Assembly: GCF_006345805.1 (NCBI RefSeq)
Contig: NC_043002.1
Span: forward strand, 22,630,001-22,694,000
Source: Octopus sinensis
Lineage: Eukaryota
DNA: 64,000 bases
Reading direction: 5' to 3'
This document shows, piece after piece, positions 1 through 12,744 of the stretch. The position numbers and the translations under genes were made by a program. Positions within the stretch are counted from its first letter, which is position 1. Each line of letters starts with the position of its first letter. Below the pieces are notes generated by a model. It was not told where the DNA came from, made no database searches, and was given only the letters and a program-made list of their open reading frames with translations.

Positions 1-782
1 ACAGATTCCATTGATGTTCATCTATTTTGATTTGTTTTGATTTTTTGATTTGTTGATTTTCACTTGCCTCAACAGGTCTTCACAAGTGTCACAAGAAGGA
101 AGGTATGCACAGGTGGACTGACTACGTCCCAGGTAGGGGCCACCACGATCGGATGGTGTTTGTTATGTGCCCACATCACAGAGGCCAGTCGATGCGGTAC
201 TGGCTACGGCCACGTTTGGATGGTTTTCTTGTGTGCCACCGGTACTGGTACCACAAAGATACAAATTCCATTGATGTTCATCTATTTTGATTTGGTTTGA
301 TTTTCACTTGCCTCAACAGGTCTTCACAAGTGTCACACACTTGCCTCTGCCTCAACAGGTCTTCACAAAGTGTCACACACTTGCCTCTGCCTCAACAAGT
401 CTTCACAAGTGTCACACACTTGCCTCAACAGGTCTTCACAAGTGTCATAAGAAGGAAGGTATGCACAGGTGGACTGACTACGTCGCCGGGTCTTCGGATG
501 GTGTTTTTATGTGCCACCGACACAGGTGCCAGATGAGGCTGGCGAACGGCCACGATCGGATGGTGTTTGTTGTGCCCACAGCACGGAGGCCAGTCGATGC
601 GGTACTGGCTACGGCCACGTTCAGCTGGTTTTCTTGTGTGCCACCGGTACTGGTACCACAAAGATACAAATTCCATTGTTGTTCATCTATTTTGATTTGG
701 TTTGATTTTCACTTGCCTCAACAGGTCTTCACAAGTGTCACACACTTGCCTCAACAGGTCTTCACAAGTGTCACATACTTGC

Positions 783-785
<3 letters not shown>
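1..785 (-). repeat. Tandemly amplified RTE ORF-end/3'UTR junction fragment
   Basis: TTCCATTGATGTTCATC block recurs with periods ~260 and ~405 bp, with a nested ~30-bp subrepeat (CACTTGCCTCAACAGGTCTTCACAAGTGTCA). Reverse complement matches 8712-8880 and the RTE stop region at ~25366-25393. Confidence 0.65.
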
Positions 786-841
<56 letters not shown>

Positions 842-1133
842 TATACACATGTATGCATATAATCATGTTCCATGCTTGCATGGGTTGGACAAAAATGTTT
901 TTCAGTGCCTACTGGAATCATAATCCAGACACACCATAAATTGTGCAGACATGCTAAACACTAAGGCAATTGTCATTTTATTCATTCTTTCACTCATTCA
1001 TCCATCCATACATACATGTTTTGTGCGTGTGTGTGTGTAATTGCACACACAATTACGGAGAAAGAGAGTGAGAAATGGTAAAGTGTAATGCATAAATGAA
1101 AATCAGAAGAATTCCTTTTTTTCTTTGTTGCAG

Positions 1134-1187
1134 ATTGCAGAAGAGATGGAAAAAGAAAGAAAAATGTTTCAGTTACAAGCATGTGAA
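1134..1187 (+). CDS. ASAP: Internal coding exon of an ASAP-family Arf-GAP (N-terminal BAR domain), IAEEMEKERKMFQLQACE
   Basis: Acceptor ttttttctttgttgcag|, donor GAA|gtaagt, 54 nt, phase 0-0. Peptide matches recalled ASAP1 IAEEMEKERRLFQLQMCE at 15 of 18 positions. Confidence 0.85.
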
Positions 1188-1889
1188 GTAAGTATCTTTA
1201 ATGACAGGACGGGCATCTGACTGTAAAGCAATGCTTTAGTAATATTTATTCGTCTGACCTTTACTACCACTGCAAAATAGACAATATAATGAACAAAATA
1301 TCAGAATGAAAATTGTATTTTTACCATTCAGCTGGTCATTATATTTCTTGACCATCCAACACTGACATCAACAGATCAGCTGTCCTCTATTATAATGACC
1401 ATCACTACTGGCATTTCACGTTTACCAGGTCATTATGTAACTGACCACTAATAACTGATATCTACTTATTGCTAATGTATATGTAATAAACCCTTAAAGA
1501 GAGAGCCCCAGGATGACCACAGTCCAATGACTGAAACAAGAAAAGGATAAAAGATAGATAGTCCCCTAAAACATTTAGTCATGGGACCCCTAGGCTAATC
1601 CCTGCTTTGATAGTGAAAGTGGGCTTAACTCTAGCATTTAATCCAGCCATTTCTGGTCCAGATATTCTCCTGGTTTTATGTTAAACAAGGTCATTCTAAA
1701 AATAAACAACCACATCATAGAAATTGTGAAGCTATGAGAAAATGCATGATTAATTCAAAACAATGTGAATAAATAAGGTTTCATTTGACAAAGAAATCTG
1801 AATGTTCAAGAGTTAAAGTTGTATTTGTGTGGCCATATCAGATACCATATCAGATATCCATATCAGATACCATAAGCATCTACATAAAT

Positions 1890-2332
1890 CTTTGGCATTG
1901 CTGGCTTTCCGTACTATGTGATTTTGGCATTGCTGGCTTTCCGTACTATGTGATTTTGGCATTGCTGGCTTTCCGTACTATGTGATTTTGGCATTGCTGG
2001 CTTTCCGTACTATGTGATTTTGGCATTGCTGGCTTTCCATACTTTGCAATTTTGGCCCCGACGGCTTTCCATACTTTGCGATTTTGGCCCCGACGGCTTT
2101 CCATACTTTGCAATTTTGGCCCCGACGGCTTTCCATACTTTGCAATTTTGGCCCCGACGGCTTTCCATACTTTGCAATTTTGGCCCCGACGGCTTTCCAT
2201 ACTTTGCGATTTTGGCCCCGACGGCTTTCCATACTTTGCGATTTTGGCCCCGACAGCTTTCCATACTTTGCGATTTTGGCACTGACGGCTTTCCATACTT
2301 TGCGATTTTGGCACCAATGGCTTTCCATACTT
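1890..2332. repeat. 32-bp minisatellite, ~14 units
   Basis: Unit TTTTGGCCCCGACGGCTTTCCATACTTTGCGA with variant units at both ends. Confidence 0.95.
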
Positions 2333-3167
2333 CTGTTAGTCTCATATTTGCAAACTTAAATATACATTAACTATATGAAGATATGATCTACTGGTGGTCA
2401 GTAATGTAGTGACTTTTTTAAAAAAAAAAAGACTTATTTTAGCAGATGAACGTAATAATAATTATAATAATTAGGGAATATCAATTCTAATGCCATAGGA
2501 ATGAGACATTCAAATTAAAAATATTCAATTGAATTACTCTCAATAATTAATTCATATATATCAAAATATTGTTAGAGATAGAAACACCTACAACTTCATC
2601 AACTCCAAACGATATTAACTCAACCAAGCCATAACATGTTAAATAATATAGATCAGCTGTCCTCTATTATAATGACCATCACTACTGGCATTTCACGTTT
2701 ACCAGGTCATTATGTAACTGACCACTAATAACTGATATCTACTTATTGCTAATGTATATGTAATAAACCCTTAAAGAGAGAGCCCCAGGATGACCACAGT
2801 CCAATGACTGAAACAAGAAAAGGATAAAAAGATAGATAGTCCCCTAAAACATTTAGTCATGGGACCCCTAGGCTAATCCCTGCTTTGATAGTGAAAGTGG
2901 GCTTAACTCTAGCATTTAATCCAGCCATTTCTGGTCCAGATATTCTCCTGGTTTTATGTTAAACAAGGTCATTCTAAAAATAAACAACCACATCATAGAA
3001 ATTGTGAAGCTATGAGAAAATGCATGATTAATTCAAAACAATGTGAATAAATAAGGTTTCATTTGACAAAGAAATCTGAATGTTCAAGAGTTAAAGTTGT
3101 ATTTGTGTGGCCATATCAGATACCATATCAGATATCCATATCAGATACCATAAGCATCTACATAAAT

Positions 3168-4345
3168 CTTTGGCATTGCTGGCTTTCCGTACTATGTGAT
3201 TTTGGCATTGCTGGCTTTCCGTACTATGTGATTTTGGCATTGCTGGCTTTCCGTACTATGTGATTTTGGCATTGCTGGCTTTCCGTACTTTGCGATTTTG
3301 GCCCCGACGGCTTTCCGTACTTTGCGATTTTGGCCCCGATGGCTTTCCGTACTTTGCGATTTTGGCCCCGACGGCTTTCCGTACTTTGCGATTTTGGCCC
3401 CGACGGCTTTCCGTACTTTGCGATTTTGGCCCCGATGGCTTTCCGTACTTTGCGATTTTGGCCCCGACGGCTTTCCGTACTTTGCGATTTTGGCCCCGAC
3501 GGCTTTCCGTACTTTGCGATTTTGGCCCCGACGGCTTTCCGTACTTTGCGATTTTGGCCCCGACGGCTTTCCGTACTTTGCGATTTTGGCCCCGACGGCT
3601 TTCCGTACTTTGCGATTTTGGCCCCGACGGCTTTCCGTACTTTGCGATTTTGGCCCCGACGGCTTTCCGTACTTTGCAATTTTGGCCCCGACGGCTTTCC
3701 ATACTTTGCAATTTTGGCCCCGACGGCTTTCCATACTTTGCAATTTTGGCCCCGACGGCTTTCCATACTTTGCGATTTTGGCCCCGACGGCTTTCATACT
3801 TTGCGATTTTGGCCCCGACGGCTTTCCATACTTTGCGATTTTGGCCCCGACGGCTTTCCATACTTTGCAATTTTGGCCCCAACGGCTTTCCATACTTTGC
3901 AATTTTGGCCCCAACGGCTTTCCATACTTTGCAATTTTGGCCCCGACGGCTTTCCATACTTTGCAATTTTGGCCCCGACGGCTTTCCATACTTTGCAATT
4001 TTGGCCCCGACGGCTTTCCATACTTTGCAATTTTGGCCCCGACGGCTTTCCATACTTTGCAATTTTGGCCCCGACGGCTTTCCATACTTTGCGATTTTGG
4101 CCCCGACAGCTTTCCATACTTTGCGATTTTGGCACTGACGGCTTTCCATACTTTGCGATTTTGGCACCAATGGCTTTCCATACTTTGCAATTTTGGCCCC
4201 GACGGCTTTCCATACTTTGCAATTTTGGCCCCGACGGCTTTCCATACTTTGCGATTTTGGCCCCGACAGCTTTCCATACTTTGCGATTTTGGCACTGACG
4301 GCTTTCCATACTTTGCGATTTTGGCACCAATGGCTTTCCATACTT
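3168..4345. repeat. 32-bp minisatellite, ~37 units
   Basis: Same unit; accounts for all long overlapping ORFs in the track between 3192 and 4383. Confidence 0.95.
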
Positions 4346-4577
4346 CTGTTAGTCTCATATTTGCAAACTTAAATATACATTAACTATATGAAGATATGAT
4401 CTACTGGTGGTCAGTAATGTAGTGACTTTTTTAAAAAAAAAAGACTTATTTTAGCAGATGAACGTAATAATAATTATAATAATTAGGGAATATCAATTCT
4501 AATGCCATAGGAATGAGACATTCAAATTAAAAATATTCAATTGAATTACTCTCAATAATTAATTCATATATATCAAA

Positions 4578-4923
4578 ATATTGTTAGAGATAGAAACACC
4601 TACAACTTCATCAACTCCAAACGATATTAACTCAACCAAGCCATAACATGTTAAATAATATACTTACTATAAATATTCATAATCCCCAAATTTTCATATT
4701 ACGAACTATGTGTTTCATGGGGGGTACATATGGTATTGTTAAGACACAAAGTCTCATTCCAAAACTCCCAATTGTTTATGCACTCCCAATTGTCAGGTCT
4801 ACTTTCCCCACATTTTGGGATTATAAATATATAAATAGTAAGTATATTATTCAACACTTCATAGCTTGGTTGAGCCAATACTATTTGGAGTTGATGAAGT
4901 TGTGGGTGCTTCCATCTCTAACA

Positions 4924-4927
<4 letters not shown>
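4578..4927. mobile_element. MITE with ~85-bp imperfect terminal inverted repeats
   Basis: ATATTGTTAGAGATAGAAACACCTACAACTTCATCAACTCC... at left; its reverse complement ends at ~4927. Confidence 0.65.
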
Positions 4928-4968
<41 letters not shown>

Positions 4969-4970
<2 letters not shown>

Positions 4971-5109
4971 GAGTCATGACCAAAAGTTTGGAACATTTTT
5001 TTAAATAAAAATTTTTAATCCCAAGTACAATTTGATGCAAATATATGCAATGTAGAGATATATTTATGTAATAATTTTCAGACCTGTTACAAACTTGTAG
5101 CCATGACTC

Positions 5110-5111
<2 letters not shown>
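4969..5111. mobile_element. Small Tc1-like MITE embedded in (TA)n/(CA)n microsatellites
   Basis: Imperfect ~27-bp TIRs CAGAGTCATGACCAAAAGTTTGGAACA / TGTTACAAACTTGTAGCCATGACTCTG. Confidence 0.55.
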
Positions 5112-5167
<56 letters not shown>

Positions 5168-5221
5168 CATACATATATATATATATATACATACATACAT
5201 ATATATATATATATACATACA

Positions 5222-5282
<61 letters not shown>

Positions 5283-5292
5283 ACATACATGC

Positions 5293-5331
<39 letters not shown>

Positions 5332-5869
5332 TGATAGTTTTATTGATAGTGATTTTGAAGTTTCTTCAAGTGTATGGCTTGTAGGCCTATGATAAAAGAC
5401 TATCCACCCAAAACCATCCCCTCATTTTGGAGAACAGACATTGAAAGAGCATTTAGCCTGTTAGAAAAAGCAGCTAAATCTGCAAGAAATCACATCATAC
5501 TAAATTATAAAAATAAAAAAGGCAGTGATCTGGCAGAATTGTTAGCACACCAAGCAAAGTGCTTAGCGGTATTTCACCGTTTCACCGGTCGCTACATTCT
5601 GAGTTCAAATTCCACTGAGATTGACTTTGCCTTTCAGTCACTACGTCCTTTATTTTTGTAATGTCCTTTCTACTAAAGGCACAAAATCTTAAATTTGTGG
5701 GAGGGGAATAGTCGATCATATCAATCCCAGTACTTGATTGGTACTTAATTTATTGGCCTCCAAAAGAGTGAAAAGCAAACTGAATCTCGGTGGAATTTGA
5801 ACTCAGAATGTAGCAACAGACCACATACCGCTAAGCATTTTGCCTGCCAGACTCGTCTGGCACCACCAT

Positions 5870-6227
5870 CTGTTTGTGACCGTTGCCAGCGCCGTCCCAA
5901 CTGGCCTCGTGCCGGTGGCACATAAAAAGCACCATCCATTCGTGGCCGTTGCCAGCCTCGCCTGGCCCCGTGCAGGTGGCACGTAAAAAGCACCATCCAT
6001 CCGTGGCCGTTTGCCAGCTCTGTCTAGCACCTGTGCGGGTGGCGCGTAAAAAGCACCCACTACATTCACGGAGTGGTTGGCGTTAGGAAGGGCATCCAGC
6101 CATAGAAACATTGCCAGATCAGACTGGGCCTGATGCAGCCTTCTGGCTTCACAGACCCCAGTTGAACTGTCCAACCCATGCTAGCATGGAAAGCGGATGC
6201 TAAATGATGATGATGATGATGATGAAT
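5870..6227 (+). mobile_element. RTE LINE 3'UTR copy (5'-truncated) with (GAT)n tail
   Basis: GTGGCAC..AAAAAGCACC units, GGCGTTAGGAAGGGCATCCAGC, AACCCATGCTAGCATGGAAAGCGGA, (GAT)n; homologous to the 3'UTR of the RTE at ~25390-25612. Other copies at ~6980-7280(-), 8712-9350, 14690-14930(-), 18690-18880, 21390-21775. Confidence 0.75.
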
Positions 6228-6885
6228 ATAGTATGATGTGATTTCTGACAGATTTAGCTGCTTTTTCTAACAGGCTAAATGCTCTTTCAATGTCAGTTCC
6301 TTTTTACCTGTTAATAGGTTGGTGGTCTATGTGTGCAAATGGTAATAGTGTTATATATGCAAAGAAAGTATATACACACACACATGTGTGCAAAAGTGTG
6401 TGTGTGTATGCATGTTTTGTGTATCAGAGTGTGACTCTGTGCGTGTGTGATAGAGAGAGAGTGTGTGTGTGTGTCTAATGTATAGAGCATACCATGGTGG
6501 CAACACTGTAAATATTTATCATGTCTCTCAGCAATGTAGAATTGGTAAAGCAGGAACCCTCAACCCAACTCCCATCACACACACACACATACCCTATCAG
6601 ATGAAGCAAAGTGTCTGTCTATGTATGTATGAGTGTGTGTGTGTGTATACTTATATCATCATCATTTAATGTCCGTTGTCCATGCTAGTATATAATATAT
6701 GTGTGTGAGAGAGAGAGAGAGAAAGTGAGTAGAAATAAATTGAAAAATATAATGAATAAACTCTCCAATCAGTCAAAACAACTTTACATCATAACCAAAT
6801 ATAAATACATATTAAAAACAATAGGGCACCCAATGGTAAAACCCTGTATATATATGTATTTATACACATATATAGATGTACGTAA

Positions 6886-6923
6886 CTGTCCGACGAACGG
6901 CAATGTGAAACTCAGAGTAACAG
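6886..6923 (+). ncRNA. Degenerate type I hammerhead ribozyme motif (U4C core variant)
   Basis: CTGT-CCGACGA-ACG(GCAA)TGT-GAAAC-TCAGA-GTA-ACAG: stems I, II (GNRA loop) and III can all form; core reads CCGACGA instead of CUGANGA. Confidence 0.4.
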
Positions 6924-7281
6924 GTTTTGTTGAATTTTCTGCTGCTTTAAATAAAGTATATATATATATATATATATATCATCATCATCATCATCATCAT
7001 CATCGTTTAGCGTCCGTTTTCCATGCTAGCATGGGTTGGACGGTTCTACTGGGGTCTGTGAAGCCAGAAGGCTTCATCAGGCCCAGTCAAATCTGGCAGT
7101 GTTTCTACGGCTGGATGCCCTTCCTAACGCCAACCACTCCGTGAGTGTAGTGGGTGCTTTTTACGTGCCACCCGCACAGGTGCCAGTCAGAGCTGGCAAA
7201 CGGCCACGAACGGATGGTGCTTTTTATGTGCCACCGGCACGAGGGCCAGGCGAGGCTGGCAATGGACACAAACGGATGGTG

Positions 7282-7312
<31 letters not shown>

Positions 7313-7319
<7 letters not shown>

Positions 7320-7597
7320 AGAGAAAAACCTCTATTAAACAATTCAATAAAGAAATATAATATTCACATCATATAGAAAACATATACTATAAAAAAAACT
7401 TATTTTAAAACGCAATAAAGTACAATAAATAGTAAATAGTAGTAAACAGACTTCTTACTACTACTACTATTTACTATTTATTTTACTTTATTGAATTTTA
7501 AAATAAGGTTTTTTTTTATAGTATATGTTTTCTATATGGTGTGAATAATATCTTTCTTTATTGAATTGCTTAATAGTGGTTTTTCTCTAAATTATAT
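7313..7597. repeat. AT-rich foldback palindrome (~130-bp arms) next to (TA)n
   Basis: 7313-7444 is the reverse complement of ~7458-7597 with scattered mismatches. Confidence 0.8.
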
Positions 7598-7878
7598 ATT
7601 GTGAAATTTGATTTAAAATTGTTAAATTGAATTTTTTCCTGTAAGTTTTGGAATTATATTCTCTACTACTATTATTATTATTATATAAATATATATATAT
7701 ATATATATCCTGTCGAACTGTTCAACTCATGCCAGCATGGAAAACAGGCATTAGACAATGATGATGATATATATTATAAACACACACACACACACATACA
7801 AAGCTTTGGAGCTTAACATAGTCCTATACATATATCCATGTGTATATATATATTTGTAATGTGTGTGTGTGTATATAT

Positions 7879-7917
<39 letters not shown>

Positions 7918-8199
7918 ATGTACACACATATACAGATGTACATATGTATATATATATACCCTGTCGAACTGTCCAACCCATGCCAGCATGGAAAACAGGC
8001 ATTAGACAATGATGATAATATATATTATAAACACACACATACAAAGCACAGGCAAGGCTGTGTGGTTAAAATGCTCACTTGGTTTGAGGTTCAATCTTTC
8101 AACATTGCACTGTGGGCAGCTGTTTCTCCCTTTCCCAAGTGTCAAACAACTAATACACCTGTCTTTGTCTTTTGTTTTTCTGTAAATTTCAACTATATG

Positions 8200-8230
<31 letters not shown>

Positions 8231-8711
8231 TTCTTTATTGCCCACAGGGGGCTAAACACAGAGGGGACATACAAAGGGATTAAGTCGATTACATCGACCC
8301 CAGTACGTAACTGGTACTTATTTAATTGACCCTGAAAGGATGAAAGGCAATGTCGACCTTGGCGGAATGTGAACACAGAATGTAACGGTGTGTGTGCGTG
8401 TGTACATGCATACATATATGTTAATATGGAGAAAGAAGAATAAGGCAATGAGCTTGCAGAATCATTAGCACGCTGGGCGAAATGCTTAGTAGCATTTCGT
8501 CTGCCGTTATGCTCTGAGTTCAAATTCACCAAGGCCGACTTGACAAACAAATTGACCCACAGGACTTATTCTTTGTAAGCCTAGTACTTATTCTATCAGT
8601 CTTGAACTGCCAAGTTATGAGAATGTAAACAGAGATGCATAAATACATACATACATACATATATATGTAGCTATGTATGTATTTCTCCCCATATGTATGT
8701 ATATATATATC

Positions 8712-9350
8712 AAATCAAAACAAATCAAAATAGATGAACATCAATGGAATTTGTATCTTTGTGGTACCAGTGCCGGTGGCACGTGGCACATAAGAAAACC
8801 ATCCGAACGTGGCCGTAGCCAGTACCGCATCGACTGGCCTCCGTGCTGTGGGCACGTAACAAGCACCTTCCGATCGTGGCCGTTTGCCAGCCTCATCTGG
8901 CACCTGTGTCGGTGGCACATAAAAACACCATTCGAGCGTGGCCGTCTGCCAGCCTCGTCTGGCACCTGTGTCGGTGGCACATAAAAACACCATCCGAGCG
9001 TGGCCGTCTGCCAGCCTCGTCTGGCACCTGTGTCGGTGGCACATAAAAAAACACCATCCGAGCGTGGCCGTCTGCCAGCCTCGTCTGGCACCTGTGTCGG
9101 TGGCACATAAAAAACACCATCCGAGCGTGGCCGTTTGTCAGCCTCGTCTGGCACCTGTGTCGGTGGCACATAAAATCACCCACTACACTCTCGGAGTGGT
9201 TGGCGTTAGGAAGGGCATCCAGCTGTAGAAACACTGCCAGATCTGACTGGACTGGTGCAGCTTTCGGGCTCCCCAGACCCCAGTTGAACCGTCCAACCCA
9301 TGCTAGCATGGAAAGCGGACGTTAAATGATGATGATGATGATGATGATAT
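8712..9350 (+). mobile_element. RTE 3'UTR copy with five 62-64-bp tandem units
   Basis: GTGGCCG unit starts at 8876, 8938, 9000, 9064, 9127; ends in (GAT)n. Confidence 0.8.
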
Positions 9351-11851
9351 ATATGTATGTATGTATGTATTTGTGTGTCTGTGTTTGTGCCCCTCCCATC
9401 CCTTGATAACCAATGTTGGTGTGTTTACGTCCCCCATAACGAATATATATATAACGTATATATATCATCATCGAAAGCGGACGCTAAACGATGATGATGA
9501 TGATGATATATATACGATGGGCTTCTTTCAGTTTCTGTCTACCAAATCCGCTCACAAAGCTTAACCGGCCTGAGGCTATAGTAGAAGACACGTACCCAAG
9601 GTGCCATGCAGTGGGACTGAACCAAGAACCATGTGAAGCAAGCTTCTTTTCTACTCTAGGCACAAGGACAGAAATTTTGAGGGAGGGGGTCAGCCAATTA
9701 GATCGACCCCAGTATGAATTGGTACTTAATTTATCGACTCCGAAAGGATGAAAGGCAAAGTCGACCTCGGCAGAATTTGAACTCAGAACAGAAAGACAGA
9801 CGAAATACCACTAAACATTTTGCTCGATGTGCTAACGTTTCTGCCAGTCCACTGCCTTGGGAAGTAAGCTTCTTACCACACAGCCACTCCTGCATCTATG
9901 GTAGTAATTATATTATACATGATAAAACTAGTAATGGTTATTAAAATAAAATGAGATCTCATCAGGCGTAAGGAAGTCATTAATTTGCAATGTATAAAAT
10001 AAATTTACAACTTTCGTCTTTAGTAAATTTTTATCATTTCAGCTTATAGAATCCATTTTTAGAGTAAAATTTATAAAATTATCATCCATGTTAGGTTAGT
10101 TTAGTCATGATACCTCACTCGCCATTTAGGTGGGCACTAGACATAACAACTACTTAAAGAAAGCAGAGTGGTACTACAAAAACAACAGTGGTTCCTTGTT
10201 GCTGTTGTGGAGGTGGTGGTAGTAATCAGACAGAGTGTAGTGGAGTGCAATACAGTGTTGCAGAATCGAGTACAATGTCAAGGAAGACAATGTTTAAGGA
10301 GTGCACAGAAATGCAGCGTTTTCAAGTGGAGTGCAGTGTACCTGATGCAGTGTATTTGGGGGAGGTGCAGTACACAGGAATGCAATGTTTTTGAATGAAG
10401 TGAGATGTATACAAATGCAGTGTTTTCAAGCAGAATGCAGTGTATAGGATCGCAGTGTTTTCAAGTAAAGCGCAGTGCATAAGAATGCAGAATTAAGTAC
10501 AGAAATTACGAGTGACTTGTATTGCTGTTGAATACCCTCCCACGGAAACAAATGTGGAACAGTGTAGGATTGCAAAGGGCACCAGAGTGCAATCGAGTTT
10601 TGATAAATACAGTTTTACAGACATGAATGCAGTGGAGTGTGCGATGGCATACACAGCACAGAGAAGGGTAGGGTCATCGAAAGGAATGATTAGAGGTTAC
10701 GGTGCCCTTTACAAAATGTTGTTAAACCACACACACGGTTTGTTTGACAGCAGAGATTAGAGATGGATGCAATATCTGTGTTAGTAACTGTACACAGCTG
10801 TTGTTCTGACTGGGGTCATACATCTCAGTCATGAGCACACACACACACACACACACACACCACACACACACACACATACACACACACCCAATCATACACA
10901 CTGAACATGTATGTACCTATATTCATGTGTGTGTGCATGTGTGGGTAAAGATACATCTATGCATGTACGTGTGTGTGTGCATATATATATATATATATAT
11001 ATGCACATATATACACATATATACATGCACATACACACATGCATACATGCACATACACACATGCATACATGCACATGCTCACACACATACACATATATAT
11101 ATATATATACATACATATACACACATACATACATGCACACACACATATTTATACACACACACACACACATAGGAGGAGGAGAAGACTGAGGAAGACTTGT
11201 AACAAATTGGTGAAGACAGATCAGAAGTTGGTGTATGTTATGGAGGTGCTGACAAAAGACCATATGGATTGGGCATACACTATCCGGGAGACAATCCACC
11301 TGCCTGTCCAGGCATGGCAAAACAGACGATAAAATTTGTGTTTATACATGTATGTGTATACATGTATAAATATAAATACACATATATATGTATATACATA
11401 GGCCTTAAATGAGACACAGGCACTTACACACACATTTATACATACAATGGTAACTTCCACCTATCAAATTCAATCACAGAGCTACGGTTGGCCACGGGCC
11501 ATAGCAGAAGACACTTAATTAATTTTATTTCTATGTATTGGCTTATGATTTTCACTGTTTGATTTGCCTAATAGTGATTTTATCCCTAATTTAATATAAT
11601 ATATATTTATACTATAAAATTAGATTTAACCCTAAATCTAATTTTTCCCTGTAAGTTTGGATTTACTCCCTAATATTATTATTATATATATACATATATA
11701 TGACGGGCTTCTTTCAGTTTCCGACAACAAAATCCACTCACCAGGCTTTGGTCAGCCTGAGGCTATAGTAGAAGACACTTGCCCAAGGTGTCACACAGTG
11801 GGAATGAACCTGAAACCACATACTTGAGAAGCAAACTTCCTAACCACACAC

Positions 11852-11916
<65 letters not shown>

Positions 11917-11949
11917 GAAGGTTGAAAAGGAACACGTGAGTTGATATAT

Positions 11950-12262
11950 ATATATAAGGAAAATAAGACAAGGTAAAAAATGCTTGAATAATTTTATCAT
12001 GAAGAACATTTTAGTACCGCTTTGAGTCTTTGCAACTTTTTCAACTTAGAGTAAAGCATGAAAACCAATTAAATAGTGGAAAAATTAAATAAACTATGGA
12101 AATATTTTTAAAAAACATTTCGTTTAATTTTTCCACAATTTAATTCTTTTTCATATTTTACTCTAAGTTAAAAATGTCGCAAAGTCTGAAACTAGTACTA
12201 AAATGTTCTTCATGATAAAATTATTTTACCATTTTCTACCTTGTCTTATTTTCCTTATATAT
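11950..12262. repeat. AT-rich foldback palindrome (~140-bp arms) between (TA)n tracts
   Basis: 11950-12089 is the reverse complement of 12123-12262; right arm contains GAAACTAGTAC, resembling the 3' half of a hammerhead. Confidence 0.8.
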
Positions 12263-12274
12263 ATATATATATAT

Positions 12275-12480
12275 ACAGTGGGGGGAAATAAATATTCGTA
12301 CATGTTAAAATTCTTTATTTATTTAATTTCTAATGAACATAAATGGGATATACCAATACTATATTTGCATACACAGGCATAAACTAAGAATATGGAAAAG
12401 AAACTAATAAATTGTAGTAACTAAGGAATTTATATTCAATTATAAATATGTAGAGGTGCAAAAAGTATTCGTACAGAATA
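12275..12480 (+). mobile_element. Solo end of a Tc1-like IR/DR element
   Basis: TA-CAGTGGGGGGAAATAAATATTCGTAC terminus plus an inner direct repeat GTGCAAAAAGTATTCGTAC ~180 bp inside. Confidence 0.45.
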
Positions 12481-12744
12481 AATTTATGATTTTCTATGGC
12501 ACAAAATACTGTTAAAATCATTTTTTTCTTACTAGAGCTGGTCTCTTCATCATAAGATTGTGGTTTCAATTCCCCTGATGGGGCGACGCGTTGTGTTCTT
12601 TAGCAAAAACACTTCATTTCACGTTGCTCCAGTGCGCTCAGCTGGCAAAAAGGAATAAGCCTGCGACAGACCAGCATCCCACCCTGGTTGGAAATATATG
12701 CACCATGGAAACCAGGAAACTGGCCCTTATGAGTCTATATTAGG

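Larger units (their letters stand above)
1374..4662. repeat. Head-to-tail tandem duplication (unit 1 1374-2650, unit 2 2651-4662)
   Basis: Non-repetitive parts are essentially identical; the 735-bp length difference equals 23 extra 32-bp minisatellite units minus one base. Confidence 0.9.

Noticed and set aside
1946-4383. Long repetitive ORFs (up to 388 aa) on both strands
   Set aside because: They arise from a stop-free 32-bp minisatellite; all frames give the same rotating peptide and there are no splice signals.
4918-5392. IY/HT/CV-rich ORFs here and at similar loci (10831-11332, 41225-41647, 60903-61338)
   Set aside because: Translations of (TA)n, (CA)n and (TG)n microsatellites.
8876-9185. 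CRISPR-like regular repeats
   Set aside because: Contiguous tandem units without unique spacers, no cas genes, eukaryotic retroelement context.
10168-10760. Cys-rich ORFs with recurring TGCAGTG
   Set aside because: Degenerate ~35-bp minisatellite; no recognisable domain or convincing splice sites.
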